This document shows, piece after piece, positions 40,150 to 54,020 of a DNA stretch of 64,000 nucleotides; position 1 is the stretch's first letter; every line of letters begins with the position of its first letter. Made by a program: the position numbers and the translations under genes. The DNA is from Vicugna vicugna (taxonomy: Eukaryota). The stretch lies in NCBI GenBank assembly GCA_013265495.1, contig MU058059.1, positions 1-64,000 of the forward strand, written 5' to 3'. Under the pieces are notes generated by a model, which saw only the letters and a list, made by a program, of their open reading frames with translations, ran no database searches and was not told the DNA's origin.

Positions 40150-42230
40150 CAATATTGCACTTCTCTGCCTCTGTGAAATTAGCGTGGCCATGTAGATGGG
40201 TTTAGTGATGAAATGTGAACAAAAGTGATGTGTAGCACTTCCAGGAAATAGTGCCCAGTTCACCCCAGTCTCTTCCTCTGATTTAGCGGCCACGGAAGCA
40301 CCTGCTGAGATCCACCTCCTGTCTTTCTGGGTATCTGAGTGGATACAGTGAATGGAACCTCCTGCCAATTTGTGATGGACACATATTGTGAGCGAGAAAT
40401 AAACCTTGGAGATTGTGGCTTGTTTATGAACAAAGCCTAACCTGGCCTATCCTAGCTCGTACATAAATTGGTACCAGAAATGGGGTGCTCATCTAACAGC
40501 AGTGACAAAATAACCTGAAATACATGGCTATGGCTTTAAGTTTTGGTGGCAGGAAGCAAGGTAATTATCAGAGGCTGGAAACACACAGATCTATTTCTGC
40601 AGTGATGAATCATTTGGTAAATTGTTGTCTACAACAACTTGGAAGGTAGGTGACGTGACAGATGAACTCGTAACTCTAGGGGAAATAGTTGCAAAACACA
40701 GTGTTACTAGAATGTGTTGGTTTCTCTAGGAGCCTTCCACAAGGTGCTATGCAGTTTGAAATAAACTCAGAAAAGAACTGGTTACGTTATAGTAGTAATG
40801 AGAGAATAAGCAGAGTCTGGGTGTTTGTGGATTGGGATCAGAAGAAACAACAGGTTTCAACCCAAATTGTAGAAGATAAACCGAAGAAGGCCTCTGAGTG
40901 AGGAGGGCGTGAGGAGAACTACCCCAGGTGCTGAGGTTCAGGTCAAGCACACGCTCACCTCAGCCTGTGGTCCAGGCTTCTGAGTGGAGTCGGATGATTT
41001 AGAATGGAGATGTAATTAAGTGAATCTTTTTGATGAGACAAAATGCTTCAGAGGAAAGCAGCCAGTAGGCCGATCAGCTGAGAGGATTTGAGATAGGAGA
41101 CGCCTAAGGGTAGGAAGGCAAACAAGTAGAACAGAAATGGCCTTTCATCTGCAGGGGCTCTGTGAGTGTGACGGCGGCTCATGGAACTCACTGGAAGCGA
41201 TAGGTCAGAGGGTGACTGCAGTCTTGAGAGAGCTATCCTGCCCCAAGGACCACAGCCCAAATGACAAGACACAGTCACGAGAGATGTTCCAGAATAGCTC
41301 TTGGCTCCAAGGAGCATGTGTTCCCTGATGTGTACTCTGGATATGGTCAAGGAGCATGATGGAAATGGAAGACTCTCCCAGGGAGCTGGGAGAGAACCAG
41401 GAGCAAGGAAGTTGCTCCGGGGAGCAGCAGTGCGGCCTCATCAAGAAACAGCGCCTCCCCCAGGGTGGCGAGCATCCTGCCCAGCGGGACTGCGGCGCTG
41501 CTGTGACCAGAACACGGCTCTCCCCCATCTTCTTTTTGAATGGGAGTGTTTACCGTGGGTGGCTAGTCCTGTCCTGCATCACATATCAGGTCTGTGGGAG
41601 ACAGATCGCTTGTCCCTTTGAGTCCGCAAGTCTCCAGATGCAGGGGAGTCACATCTGGACCAGAGGTAGATGTTGTCGGGTGTCACCCCCGGCTATGTAG
41701 ATGTTACACATCGCCCACCCACAGGCGGTCGGCTTTGTGGTTTATAGGACTGTGATAGGGCCAGGACAGGGCTCTGGGTTTTCTCCCCTCGGTGGTAGTG
41801 GTGGGACATGAGTATATGTTGCTTGTGGGAGGGGAAGTGAGCCCAATATTTTGCGTCCAGACAAAGAGGCTTTGATAGCTGTTCGCACCGCTTACCAGCG
41901 ATTGTTTTGGACCTCCACGTCCCCGGCATGTGGTGAGATCGCCTCCTGTGCTCTCTTTGAAGATGGATATTGCTATGCCGCTAGCTCTTGTCCATAAACA
42001 AGAGGAACCATTAGGGCCCTGTGCTCTCGCCCGGCCTTGGTGACTCTGGGCGTCTTTGCTTATGTTGTGTATCCATGATGTGGTCCTGGGTGACCACGGT
42101 GAGCTGAGATCACCCTGACCCAAGATGGACATGTAGCATGAGCAAGAAGTAAACTTTTGTTGTTGGAAGCCTCTTTGACTTAGGGGTTGTTTTGAGCTCC
42201 CAGCAGAATCTAGTCTGTCCTGACCAGCAT
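40150..42230 (+). mobile_element. Decayed MaLR (MLT1) provirus: LTR, internal region, LTR
   Basis: Two related LTR ends (gtgagcgagaaataaacctt...cctggcctatcctagct near 40390-40460; catgagcaagaagtaaactttt...tctagtctgtcctgacc near 42140-42225) bracketing an internal region that starts aaattggtaccagaaatggggtgct. Confidence 0.6.
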
Positions 42231-45200
42231 AGGCCTGAAGCTAGCAAAACAGATCCTAAGAGCAATCAGGAGCTCCATTTGACCGAAGCATAGACTCCTT
42301 GTCCAGGGACAGCAGGGAAGAAGGTCTCAAAGGAGAGAGGAACTCTGAATGCTGCTGAGGACCACGTGTGTAGACAAAGTGGAATTCAGAAATGACTCCT
42401 CGGTGGCCTGGTAGAAAGTCTATGGAAAGAGTCGTTGCAGAGGGAGGCTTGGGGCAGTAAGACAGACGGGTCCGTTGCAGTCATTCAAGTGAGAGGAGGG
42501 AAGCCCTAAAGCTTGCAGGGGTGACAGATGAGCCCCAACGTCTCAAGACTGAATTACGGAACGTGGTGGTTTGGTGGGTAGACGTGGAAGAGTCAGGAAG
42601 AGAAGCGATGTCCTCAGGGAGCAGTGAATTATGTGGGTGCCTTGAAAACTCATCTTCCTGCACGTTCATCTTTAAAAAAAAAAGAGTGACGAATCTTGGT
42701 TTCTAGAACCATCTCCTGGGCCTTGCTTACACAGCCACGCCTCTCTGGGTCACGTGAAGACTGTTCAGTTTATACACCGTACGCCACGCAACGGATGCGG
42801 GGACAGGACCTGCTGCTCCACTTGTCCCCACAGGGCTGAGCCCAGGCTCCTAAGAGGCCATCCCTTCTCCCTGTGACCTCCAGCACACAGCACCTGCTCT
42901 GCCTCTAAATCGCCTCCGGCCTGTGGTCATGGGGCCCCTCCTTTCTTCACCCCAGGCCAGGCCTGAGTCAGGGTGCTCCCGGGCCCCTCCTGTCCCCACT
43001 GCGGATCTGCCTGCTAGCACTGCTGGGTCCCAGCTCGCTGCGCCGCAGCCTCTGATGTCCCCTCACATCCGCTCTGCGCTCTCCTAATCTGCCTTGAGTG
43101 GCTCCTTGTCCCGGGCACCCAGTTCAATTTCCTTTTCTCTTCCATTTTGAACCCTCTTTCATGTCTTTTGCTAATCTCTGCGGCCTTGATAAATCCATCA
43201 CCCCAAATGGCTTTTTATTCTCTCTGCTTTCAACCCCTGGCCTCACGTCTTTGCTCTGACACTTAGTTGACATGTAACCCTGGACAAGTTACTTAATCTC
43301 CCTAAGACAGAGACTCCTCATTTGTAAAGAGGGAGAAATCTCATGTACAGAGCTGTGTTGATTAAGCAAACAAAACAAAGAAACGTACGCCCTGAGCCCT
43401 CCCTCCGTCAGGCCCGTAGAACCTCACTAAAACTTAACTCTCTCCTGTGTTTTAAACTTCCCGTTCCTTCTCTCTAAAAGGCACCTGAGTTCCCTTTCAT
43501 CCCTGCACCGCCCTCCAGGACACATTGGTGGTTTCTCCTCCCTGAGGTCATGATGCTGTAGGGGCCGCACACTCAGTGTAGGCTTCCTTTCGAAACAGCC
43601 TTTTCTAAAGAGCAGTTACATAGTAAGGGAGCAGGAGATGGGACAGGCTGTGACGCTCACATGCCCATCCTGTGTGCAGAAGGGTATCCACACTCCAGAG
43701 AGAGACCTGTTTTTCAAAGCTGGGCGTGGTGATGAGGGCTCGTTACACCAGGCGATTTCTTCTACAGGGTTTGTTTATTTTGTCTTTTAATCAGGCTTTT
43801 TTTCCCTCTAGTAAACCTAGTAAAGGTTTGAAAGGTATTTAGATAATTTGTCTACAAATAGGTCACTGAGTTTCCCTGTTTTAAATTTTCCCCACTTCTT
43901 ATTTTTTCTGTTGGGTGGGGGGAGTTGGGAGGAGAGAGGGGAACAGAAGAAAGTGGTCAGGGAAGGAGGCGACTATCCTGAGTTTATGTCACAGAGGATG
44001 TAAGTACACCGTTTCGAGGTGTTGGGTTGCCTCATTCTGCTCATCCTCCCTTTAAGAGCATCTGCTCTTACGTGCTGCAGTTCCGGAGGGACTGGCAGGA
44101 GAGCGATGTTAGAGCGTTCGGAGAAAACAGACAGCAAAGGGACAGAGAGACATGTCATACCACTTAGCCCAAGGAAGGAACAGTGTATCGGGCTGTGTTC
44201 TTAAATATGGTTCACATCCTTAGGAAAATACAGTCACCATGCTCCCATCTTGACAGCTCGTGCCCTCTCGCTTTTCTGAGGAGAGAAGGAACGTGAGGAG
44301 CTGTGGGTGGGTGGGAATGTGAAGAAATGGCAGAGGACATGGTGGGTCTAGAGCAGAAAAGAGGAGAAAGAAACTTAGACAAAGATAACCAAAACAAGAG
44401 GCTCCAGCAAGAGGCTGGATTTCGGGTTCCTGGTGGAGAACTGACTCACTGTAAATCTCCAGAATCAAAGCTGAAGAACACGCCACCTGTCTCTTCTCAG
44501 ATTATTGTGTTTACCAATACTGCTTTCTTTTGTCTTTAAACTGTGACCTGCCGGTGTTTTGTGCGTCATCCTTCTGACTATACTGTGCTGGCAGTGTCCT
44601 CAGAGACCATGGAGACAAGGGACAGCACCTTGTGGGGTGGCTGGTCAGTGAGAAGTGTGGGTGAAGCTTTGTGTGGAAGTCTGTGCTCAGGAGGAAGGAT
44701 GCTGGGATCCATTAATGCTGGGATCAGCTAATGCTGTCTGCCACGGGCCTGGGGTGGGTCTGAGAGGAAGCCATTTAAGCGAAGAGCACAAGACCCTCAT
44801 TTAAATCAGGAAGGCTGGCTCGCAGATGTCAAGCCAGTTGCCAGAAGCCACAGAGCTGTTTATTACTGCCCCAGTTTATTTTTTAAAAAGTTTTGGGATC
44901 AGAAAAAAAATGATTTAGAGGATTAACCATCCTGAGAATGAAAAACTATCTGTCTTCAAGACATTTAGGATTGAAAAGAAATCTTCCTGAAGCCTTTTGT
45001 TAGACACTTTCTCAGCACTGCTGGGAGCCCTGACTGGTCCTCTCCAGAGCCAGACAGGCGCAGAAGCCTGGGGCCCCTTCACACCAGTTCCAGAGGCGTT
45101 TGAAAGTCTGTAATATTAGATACTATTTTTTCCAGGAGAAAATTTTCCTTTGTGCTTGGATGAAGGGATAAAGAACTACGAGGAGATTTTAAGGTGTTAT

Positions 45201-46504
45201 TTGCCTAGGATTAATGGGCATTTATTCGAATTTAACTTTAGAATCTTTTAAATGACAGCTCACTTAATGCTGTAGATATATCTATTTTAAGTTCTTTTTA
45301 CAGTCTATTGAAGAACAGCCCTAGGTAGGACTCGGACACGGCTTTAACTAATCATGGTAGCAGACAGTAGTCTCCTTTCCAGAATAAATAGCGTATTAAA
45401 GCGAATCCAAGAAAAAGACTTAAGTCCTTCATCAGAGCCAAGCTCTGGAGACCTGCTTTGAGGGAACTCGAGACCCCACCCCTCGCCTACTTGCCTGAGA
45501 ATTTAGTATTAAATATTCAGAAGTTCTTTTTGAAAATACGAATATTCTTGGGTGTGATGCCATTTCAAGTTCCTTGTTAGTTAATAACAAAGCAAGAAGG
45601 AGAAGCGAGCGGTGAGGGGAGGAGATCTGTTAGCAGCTGTAGAAGAGGAGAGGGTGAGAGAAACAATAGTCCTCAGGCAGTAGCTGCGGGAGTTCTGCAG
45701 CCCCAAGGCGGAGTTCCTTGTCGCCAGACTCCTCCTGACTCTAGAATGTTCCACTGACCCTAGGCCTTATAGATCTGAAGACCTAATCACTGGCATTAAA
45801 GAGCTGATGAAAACCAGCCTCAGAAAGAAGCCCTCAAGATACCTTTGGAAACTAGAAGAAGGAAAAGAAAAAGGAAAAACAATGTAAGAAAGTGTAGAGG
45901 AGCCTTCTCGCCACAACTTCGGCTAGAAGATGGGAGCTGAGAACCTCAAACAAAATGTTGGCCCCATCTCACTGGGCTAATTTTAGTTATCTCAGTTCAT
46001 GGCTATGATTCATCCTTAAAGCTGTGAATTGCTGAGGAGGAAGGAGGAAGAAAAAATGACTTAAATGTCAAAGAAGTAGGAACAAAAATACAGTTTTCTT
46101 TTTTAAGGGAACTAGAGTTCCAGAATATGGGGATCTTTTTCTCCTGAGGGATAGAATGCAGCAAACTTCTAGAAAAATAATGATCTCCAGTCAAAACATC
46201 GTCAAGAAATAAAAGACCTGATTACGTGTTATGGCACGTTTGACTCTTTGCCTTCACAGTGTAATTTTCCCCTTTCTCCTTGAATCCCATTGAACTAGAA
46301 ATTGCTAATAATCGTATGTAGTTGAGTATGATGGAGGCTTAGTATGTAGACTGTGATGAGAAATGGAACTTCTAAAGCAGATGAGGGGGAGATGAATGGA
46401 GACACATAGAAGGATGAGAAAGAAGTCTGGGGGTGGGATGGGGGCTCAGAGAAGAATGGTATGTTTGATGGTGAGATGCTGTCTTGCCTACTAAAGAAAA
46501 GAGG

Positions 46505-46875
46505 GCAGAGAGAGAGAGAGGAGAATACCATGCAGTACCACTTACATGGAATCTAAAAAAATGATACAAGTGGACTTATTTACAAAACAGAAACAGACTC
46601 ACAGACATAGAAAACAAACTTATGGTTACCAGAGGGGAAAGGAGAGGGGGGAGGGATAAATTGGGAGTCTGGGATTTGCAGATTCTAACTACTATATATA
46701 AAATAGGTAAACAAGGTCCTGCTGTAGAGCACAGGGAACTATATTCAATATCCTGTAATAGCCTATAATGAGAAAGAATATGAAAATATATATATACATG
46801 TATGACTGAATCACCATGCTGTACACCAGAAATTAACACAACATTGTAAACCGACTATACTTCAATTAAAAAAAT
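46505..46875 (+). mobile_element. LINE-1 3' UTR
   Basis: ggaatctaaaaaaatgatac...cagactcacagacatagaaaacaaacttatggttacc...ctatacttcaattaaaaaaa. Confidence 0.9.
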
Positions 46876-47778
46876 TAATAGAGGGCAACAGAGATAGTTT
46901 GGTGACATTTCATCCTTAGAAAAGAAAAAAGTTCTTCAGTGTGGTAGGTGTCCCCTAGTAAACTGGTTACTCTTTGGCGTTTTCCATAGGTTTGGAGGAA
47001 GACAGTAGTGGTCACTGCTCCTGCACTCAGCTCGGGGGCTGATTTCCCTGCCCCAGGCACCCGACCCCTCTGCCATCAGTCTAGCTATTACCGATGTGTT
47101 TGCCTTTCTCTGCTCTTAATGTGGTCCATTGACTTCAGAGCTGATTCCTCACAGCCCTGAAGCTAATGAGGAGACTGGCCCCAGAAGTGACTGTGAATGT
47201 TGACTTTTGCATCTACCCTCGTCCACAGCTCCTTAGAGAGCTCTCTGCACCCTCCTCATGGCTCTGCTCCTTTCTCGTCTCCTCATTCCTGGTTTGACTG
47301 TGAGCAGTGGGAGCCGCTGAATCTCATCACCCAAGACCCAAGTGTCATTCAGCTGATGTGACAAACTCATCCCCATAGAGGAACTAAGGAACTGAGATGC
47401 TGGGGGTGGGAGAGACTCTGGACGTGGCAGAGTCCCCACCGCTTGGTTTGCAGATGAGGAAACTGAGGTCTTGGAGGTCCAAGTGACTTTCTTGCCCAGA
47501 GCATTCCCCTTTTTGCATCTTCTGGAAGATGTCAATTATCCCCATGGCTCTGACTCCCTCTCTAGTGGAGAGAGGCTTCAAAGTCCATGGAAGACGTTTG
47601 CCAAACGGCCTTTGGCCACCCTCTTTTCACAGCACCTTCGCCCACTGCCTTTATTCCCAATCCAGTCCTTTTCAGACTTGGTATATTGAACTTCCTGAGC
47701 CCCTATGAGGTGGGCCAACGTGCCGTGAAGACGTGTTACTTTTCATCCCCGTGATCAGCTTGGACTTTGTGTGGCAGG

Positions 47779-48209
47779 GTTATGGGTTAAACTGTGCTGC
47801 CCACATAGACAGGTCCGAGTCCTACCGTCTGCTGCCCGCGCACATGACTGTATGTGGAAATAGGGTCTTTGCGGATTTAATCAAGTTAAAGACAGGTCGT
47901 TAGGGAGGGTCCTGACCCAACACGACTGATGCCAGAAGGAGACGGCTGTGTGGAGACACAGAAGGGAGAAGGCTGTGCGACAGCACGGGCAGGGGTGGAG
48001 GCGCTGCAGTGCGAGCCGAGGGGTGCGAGGACCGGCCGCCCGCCAGGGGCTGGGAAGAGGCGAGCGAGGCTGCTGCTCTCCAGGCTTCGCAAGGAGCCCG
48101 GCCCTGCCGACACTTTGAGCTCAGACTTCCACCTCCCAGAACGGTGGAAGAATACATTTGTACTGTTCCGAGTTCACAGGGCTTGGTTAGTTTCACTAGG
48201 ACACTAACA
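47779..48209 (+). mobile_element. MLT1A/B/C-type MaLR solo LTR
   Basis: ttatgggttaaactgtg...ggaaatagggtctttgcggatttaatcaagttaa...ccctgccgacactttgagctcagacttc...ctaggacactaaca. Confidence 0.8.
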
Positions 48210-49363
48210 CCCGCAGTAAGAAAGGTGAGGAGAAAGGGTGACTGGCAATCACTGAAGGAAAGAAAGGAAAGCTGCTTTCTGCGGACTGGTTTGCTCATGT
48301 CACTGGTGCTCATTTTTCATTGAAATAATTCCAAGTGGTGCCACGTGATCCTTTGCAAAAAAATTCATGAGGGGACTTACCCGGTCTTTAAAATATTATG
48401 TCGTTTGTTGTTTAAATAAATTTCCATCATAGAATAGGCAGCTGTGTTTTAGTATCCTAGATCAATAATCTAGTTTGTTCTCCTTAATCTGGTCTTTTTC
48501 TATTTATTTTGTCTTTTAACATCTTATTTTGTAATGTAATATAAATGCATGAATAGAAATATGTATTTCCTCAAACTATGGAATCAAAGGCATTAAAAAA
48601 ATACGATTATCCATACTATGTTCTTCAGTTCAAATGATGACCCACATGACAATCTGCTCTAAGGCTCTGATTTGCTCTCCATAAATAATATTAAAAATTA
48701 AATCAGGCTTTACTTATGATAATCAATTTCAGTAGTTTCTTTTGTAATGCTGTTCTCTTTACAAATAGTGCAAAGGGAAGTAAGGACTGCTTAGAGTCAT
48801 ATTTTTCAAAGCAAAAAAAGATGATTTTTAAGGTCTCACAAATTATAATACATCTTGGGCATCCAAATTTAAAAACATGTATCAAGAACTTTCACATATT
48901 ACCCAATTTTAAGTCTGTAGCCACATTCTGCAACCTTCTCTAGTATAATTTACTCTGTTTTATTACTCAGTCATCTGGAAAATGCAAGACTTTTGTAAGG
49001 AAGCATTGCCTCACAGATTTAGTGGCTAAACAAATGTCCCAGTAGGGATACAGAGATGCCTCATTGATCAGAAATCTTAATTCTTTTCAGAAGCCGTTCT
49101 GGAATGTTTCAGACTCTTCCTGGAGGTTGGGGTTCAGTCTGTGCTCTATGCAGGGCACACCTGGATGCTCAGGTCTTTGCAGGCACTGGGGCAGAGGAGT
49201 CAGAACAACAGACCAATGTCAAAACCAGCAGACCACTCAGCGCACCACCCTGCACCACCTGCAGGGTGTTTTCTGCCCCACTCACTCTAGGAGCGGCAGG
49301 CTTCCACCCTCGGAGGTGACACCAGGACTGGACTAGCGGAAGGAGAGTGCTGGGAGCACTTAC

Positions 49364-49578
49364 TTGAGTGTGGTGAGCTCTGTGAGGGATGGCTGCGTGG
49401 CCTTGAGATAGCTCTCTCTCCGTGCAGCAACTTTGGGAGACGGCTTAGGACTCGTGTCCGAGTCGCCGCTGTCTTCGTCCCCCATGGCCTTGATGTAGCT
49501 GCCGCTCCGCATTCTTCGGCAGGGAATTTCATCGTCTTTACCCCGAGGGGTGTACCCTGTCCACTCGTCCTGCGGGAC
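49364..49578 (-). CDS. DLGAP1: DLGAP1 coding exon A (215 nt, phase 0 to 2): VPQDEWTGYTPRGKDDEIPCRRMRSGSYIKAMGDEDSGDSDTSPKPSPKVAARRESYLKATQPSLTELTTL(K); GK-binding repeats 1-2
   Basis: Within ORF 49360..49662(-); acceptor tttatatctgcacag|GTC (AG at 49580-49579), donor CTCAA|gtaagt (GT at 49363-49362); peptide recognised as SAPAP1. Confidence 0.96.
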
Positions 49579-51023
49579 CTGTGCAGATATAAAACAGATT
49601 GTTCCTTCATTGTAAAAGTCTACACCCTTCTTTGCTTTCCTGACTCTGAACGTGGGTAACACAGCTAATGCTCTAAAACTTCAGATGTTCACTTTTTAAT
49701 AATAGTGTTTTACTATAATCGGTTGGAAAGTATTTTGAATACATGCAAATCTATGTCTCAGTCTTTGAGAAAACCTGTGTACTAGGAAAAATTAGAACCA
49801 TAAGCTCTGATTCGCTTAGACTTCTCAGTTTTCTCATGCTGGAAAGAATTGTCAGGCATATGAATGCCCCTGGAGAGCAGTTTTAGTTGGGCTTTTCAAT
49901 TATTTGTTTTCAATTGATATTTAAAATTCAAGAACGTTTCTGTTTTGTTGGTACACCTTCCCTGCACCTTCCACCTCAAGCATCTTTTATCCAGTCTTGC
50001 TTCCTCCTAAACCAGTGGTCTATACCTGCTGCAGTCACTTCGCGATCGCTTATTCTTTTTGAACCCCTCTTAATTTGGATCCAGCCTCCACAGATTGCTG
50101 AAAACACACCACCTGTTGAGACTTCCTCCCCTTTTGGCTTTCTGCTTCCTCTACTTACCTGACACAGGCACTCCTTATCTGAATTGTCCTTTTCTTCTTG
50201 CTTTGCTGGGTCCTGCTCCAGATCCCTAATTGTAGGTACCACGCAAGGTACTGTTCTCTGTACACTGCTCATTTTTCTTTCTACAGTGGTTTCCTTTGAG
50301 TTCAGCAGGGTGCCACCCTCTGCTATAGGGAGTTTCTTTCTGACCCGTTTTTTTCAGCCCTTAGATTTTCCCAGTTCAGTGTGGACTCAGCCTAGGATCT
50401 TGTTCCTTCTCCATTTGGTAAAAGAAATACAAAATAACAACCACTCTTTTGATCCACTAAAAACACTGCATAGGGCTTAATTAAAAGAGACCAGAAAACG
50501 GAGGCTGGTTCTTGCCCTCATCAGGTTTAGAGATGAGAAGACAAAGCATAAATAGATTTGGGAAGAGTTCCCAGTCAGCATGTTAGTGAGTTTCAGATGT
50601 GCTGCTGTAAACGGAACATGTACTCAAGTGGAACTAGAAACAGGAGTTATGGATCATGGTGACGGGAAAGGAGGACCCGGGAAGGGCTCCCTAGGACTGG
50701 CCAGGTTTGCAATGCAAAAGTAAAAAGGTATTTAATATTTTCATGCTAACTGTTTACTGATTATTCATTAAGTCACACAGGGTTTCATTATTAACGTTTA
50801 GCTATGCTAAGCAATTTGCTTATAGGCTCTTATTTCATCAGTAAACAACTCTGTATTTTTCTGTATTTCTCAGATGAGAGGTGGAAGCTCAGAGAGCTTA
50901 TGAAATCTGCCAGAGGGCACACGGGGCTGATAAATGGCAGCACTGGGGTTCAAAGCATTTTTGGTTTCACTCAAAGATCAGTTTACTTAATCTAAACTTT
51001 ATGATTTATAACATATGAATTTT

Positions 51024-51110
51024 GGGGGGTGCATACAGCTCATTGGTAGAGCACATGCTTAACTTGCATGAGGTCCTGGGTTCAGTCCCCAGTACGTCCA
51101 TTAAAAAATG
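51024..51110 (+). mobile_element. tRNA-derived SINE, Vic-1-like, with TSD
   Basis: ggggggtgcatacagctcattggtagagcacatgcttaacttgcatgaggtcctgggttcagtccccagtac; atatgaatt present on both flanks. Confidence 0.8.
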
Positions 51111-51404
51111 AAAATATGAATTAAATCTAAAGTGTTAATAAAACTGTCCATAATGACACAGAGTAGACTTAGATTCTAAATGTTAGAAACTCTAGGAACT
51201 GAGAATAGATATTCCACTAAAAAAAAAAAGCACTATTCTTTCCTCCTTAACTTGTAAATTTATCTAATTTGAGAGCAAATATCTAGAAGCATCAGACCAG
51301 AGAGATGCCCCTGAAAAGTGGGTTGTAGGTTTTAATACTGAAAACGACCAATCACGTTGGCTTAAGCTTCACTATGCAGCTTTATAAATTTAACAAACTC
51401 TTCA

Positions 51405-51580
51405 TGTGTCTCCTGTGTGCAGGCACTGTTCTCAAAGCGTTAGAGATGTTAACTCATTTGATCCACACAGCTGAGGGGCAGTATTATTATTATGCCCATT
51501 TTACAAATGAGGAAACTGAGGTTATGTAACTCGCCCAAAGTCCCAGCTACAAAGAGGCACCGTTCCAACCCAGCAGCGCC
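51405..51580. mobile_element. MIR SINE
   Basis: aggcactgttctc...ttaactcatttgatcc...attattattatgcccattttacaaatgaggaaactgaggtt. Confidence 0.8.
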
Positions 51581-53279
51581 TGGGGTCTGGCTGTGAGGCT
51601 GGTAGATGCTATCTCCCTTTCTAGGCTATGATCTTGTGGCACCTACAGAACTGAACACAGTCCCACGACACCTTCGTAATCTATCACGTCTGATCCATTC
51701 GCCGTTTGTTAATTATGGTAGTAACAAGGTAGAGTTTTTGCTATTTTAGCTAAAAAGCATCAACATCACCATAGCAACAAGAGAGATTTCTTAGGGAAGT
51801 TATAAATCTTGAGAACAGTCTTGTTTTCCTTCAGTTGGCCGGTGAGTCACTGCAAAGATATGATCGTGTTCAGAACCTCATTATTGGCTTAGCAATTTGA
51901 TAAATTAAGTTGGTACCGCCAAGGGTCATGGCTGCTGCAGCCCACACCTGCCGTTTCTCAGTACTGATGCACAGTTCATAAGCGTTGCTCTCTGAAATAT
52001 GGCAGACACTAATGACAGACTTATGAGTTCATGTCACTTGTGAAACAAAACATGGCAAATTTCTGTGTATTTTTCAGAGTTAATGGTAGCTACTTGGGCT
52101 TTTACTAGAAACAGGCTGCAACCGTTGCTAAAGGAACCAGCTGGGAAGTATTTAATTTGTATATGTTTCAACTGTATTTTTCAAATGATGGCAGCTAAGG
52201 AGTTTATGGAAATGATTTACATTGGAATGGAATTTAAAAATTAATATGTTATTCATACATCTCAAAGTGGCTTACAATAAATGATCTGTAAAATAATATA
52301 GAAAATTTAAAGAAACAGAAAATCAAGACCTCAGAGAAGAAAAATACTGTTGCTGAACAGTAAGGGACAGCAAAGTCCCTGTAATAGAGCGCAATTTTTA
52401 TTACCTTAAACTCAAGAAGGAGACATGGAGGTAGGTTACATCATTTTCAAATAATGCACACCGGCTTGTTCAGGGGCCAGAGTGTGAAATGTTCCTCCCT
52501 CTGGATTGGAAAGAAAGGAGACCATTCTGCAGCTGCTACTGTGCTCTTGTCAAGGTTGCTGTGTCTTTCAGCATCAGTTGTACAGAGAGAAGAGATTTAG
52601 GGAAATCCAAAGAAAAAATTACCCTCGCAGCTGTCAGAGAAAGCCTTCATGTTAGTGGTCCTAGTGGCTTACGGTGATGGACGTCTTAGCAAGAAAGGAG
52701 CAGACGGAAGACCAGCCTGGGCCCATGTTGACGACAGGCGGGCCAGATGTCCTGCTTGTCTGCACAAGCTTAGCAGGGCGGTGAGACCCAACAAGTGTTC
52801 AGGAAACAGCAAGAAAATCAGTCTAACAAGTCAGTTCAACAACAGTTACAGGTTAGAGAAAAGTGAGATTGTTTGCTTTTTGATGCAGACATTTAAGCAC
52901 CAAAACTCCAATGGAGAACTTGATTTTTGAGAAGACGAAATGAGGATCAGTGTGTGTTTTTCTGTTTTGGAGGTAGCCGGGCTCTGACTTAAATCACATG
53001 CGGTGGTTCAGGAGTACAGAGGACCTACCTCCAACCAAGGAATGACCATCAGCAGGTGCCATCATCCTCTAAGTACCGGATGAGGATGCTTTCTGAGATG
53101 AAATGCTGCCATGGGCACTGACTGATGGGCTGATCATGCCAGCTACAGTCTATGCAGGCACTGAAGGGGAGAAAATTAAATGCCACCTGTGGAGGCATGC
53201 TTAGATGCTTGAATTCTGTGTGTCCCTCCCCACCTCTCTCCTGGTCTCCCTTCTTCCTTCACTTCTGCAAGTATTTTTG

Positions 53280-53760
53280 GCTTGCTCACTTTCCAGCCGT
53301 GCTCTGGGTGCCAGGAATGTGCAGCAGGGAACAACACAAACACTGATCCCATGCTGTGGAGCGTACATTCCAGGAGAGCCGGAAGAGATGGATGATAGAC
53401 AAGCATGCCTGTAAATGAACAAGACCGTTTCAGAAACCATAAATGCCATTAGGAAAGGAAGACGGGGTGACGTGACAAAGGAGTTGGAGGAGAACTCCTT
53501 TAGCCTGTGCCTCTGAGAATCCGCCAGCAAGAAGTAACGTCTAAGAGGAGATGACATACTAGCAAAGGAGCTGGGGAAGAGCCTCAGGCAGAAAACTCAG
53601 CCAGTGCCCAGTGTCCAGAGTAGGGACGAGCTTCATGTGACTGAAGCCCAGGAAGGAAGATGCCCTGGTAGGGGGAGAGGACTGACCAAGACGGAAGTAA
53701 CAAGAGGAGAGGCTGGGGGCTGGGGCTAGGTCACGCAGGGTCTTGTATGCCCTTCTCAAG
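53280..53760. mobile_element. LINE-2 fragment
   Basis: gtgctctgggtgccaggaat...tggagcgtacattccaggag...ggggctaggtcacgcagggtcttgta. Confidence 0.55.
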
Positions 53761-53861
53761 TCTTCCTTCAAGGCTGACCTCAACAATCCCAAAGCTCCCT
53801 CCGACCACTCCATCCTAAATCCATCTTCTGCATGAAATCTAGAGCATGTATCAGCTATGTA

Positions 53862-54020
53862 AGGGGTCAGCTGCACTGTAGTTCACAGGTGAAATCCAGC
53901 TTGCCCTCTGCATTTGTAAATAAAGATTTATTGGCACACAGCCATGCCCGCACAGGAGGTACTGACGGTGGCTAGTTTAGAGTTGTGAGGGCAGAGCTGT
54001 ACACTTGTGATGGAGACTGG
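53862..54020. mobile_element. MER58-like hAT fragment
   Basis: aggggtcagc...aaatccagcttgccctctgcatttgtaaataaagatttattggcacacagccatgccc. Confidence 0.65.

Noticed and set aside
48375..48385. Consensus donor CGG|gtaagt 1 kb into the intron after exon A
   Set aside because: No convincing upstream acceptor; isolated donor motifs are common
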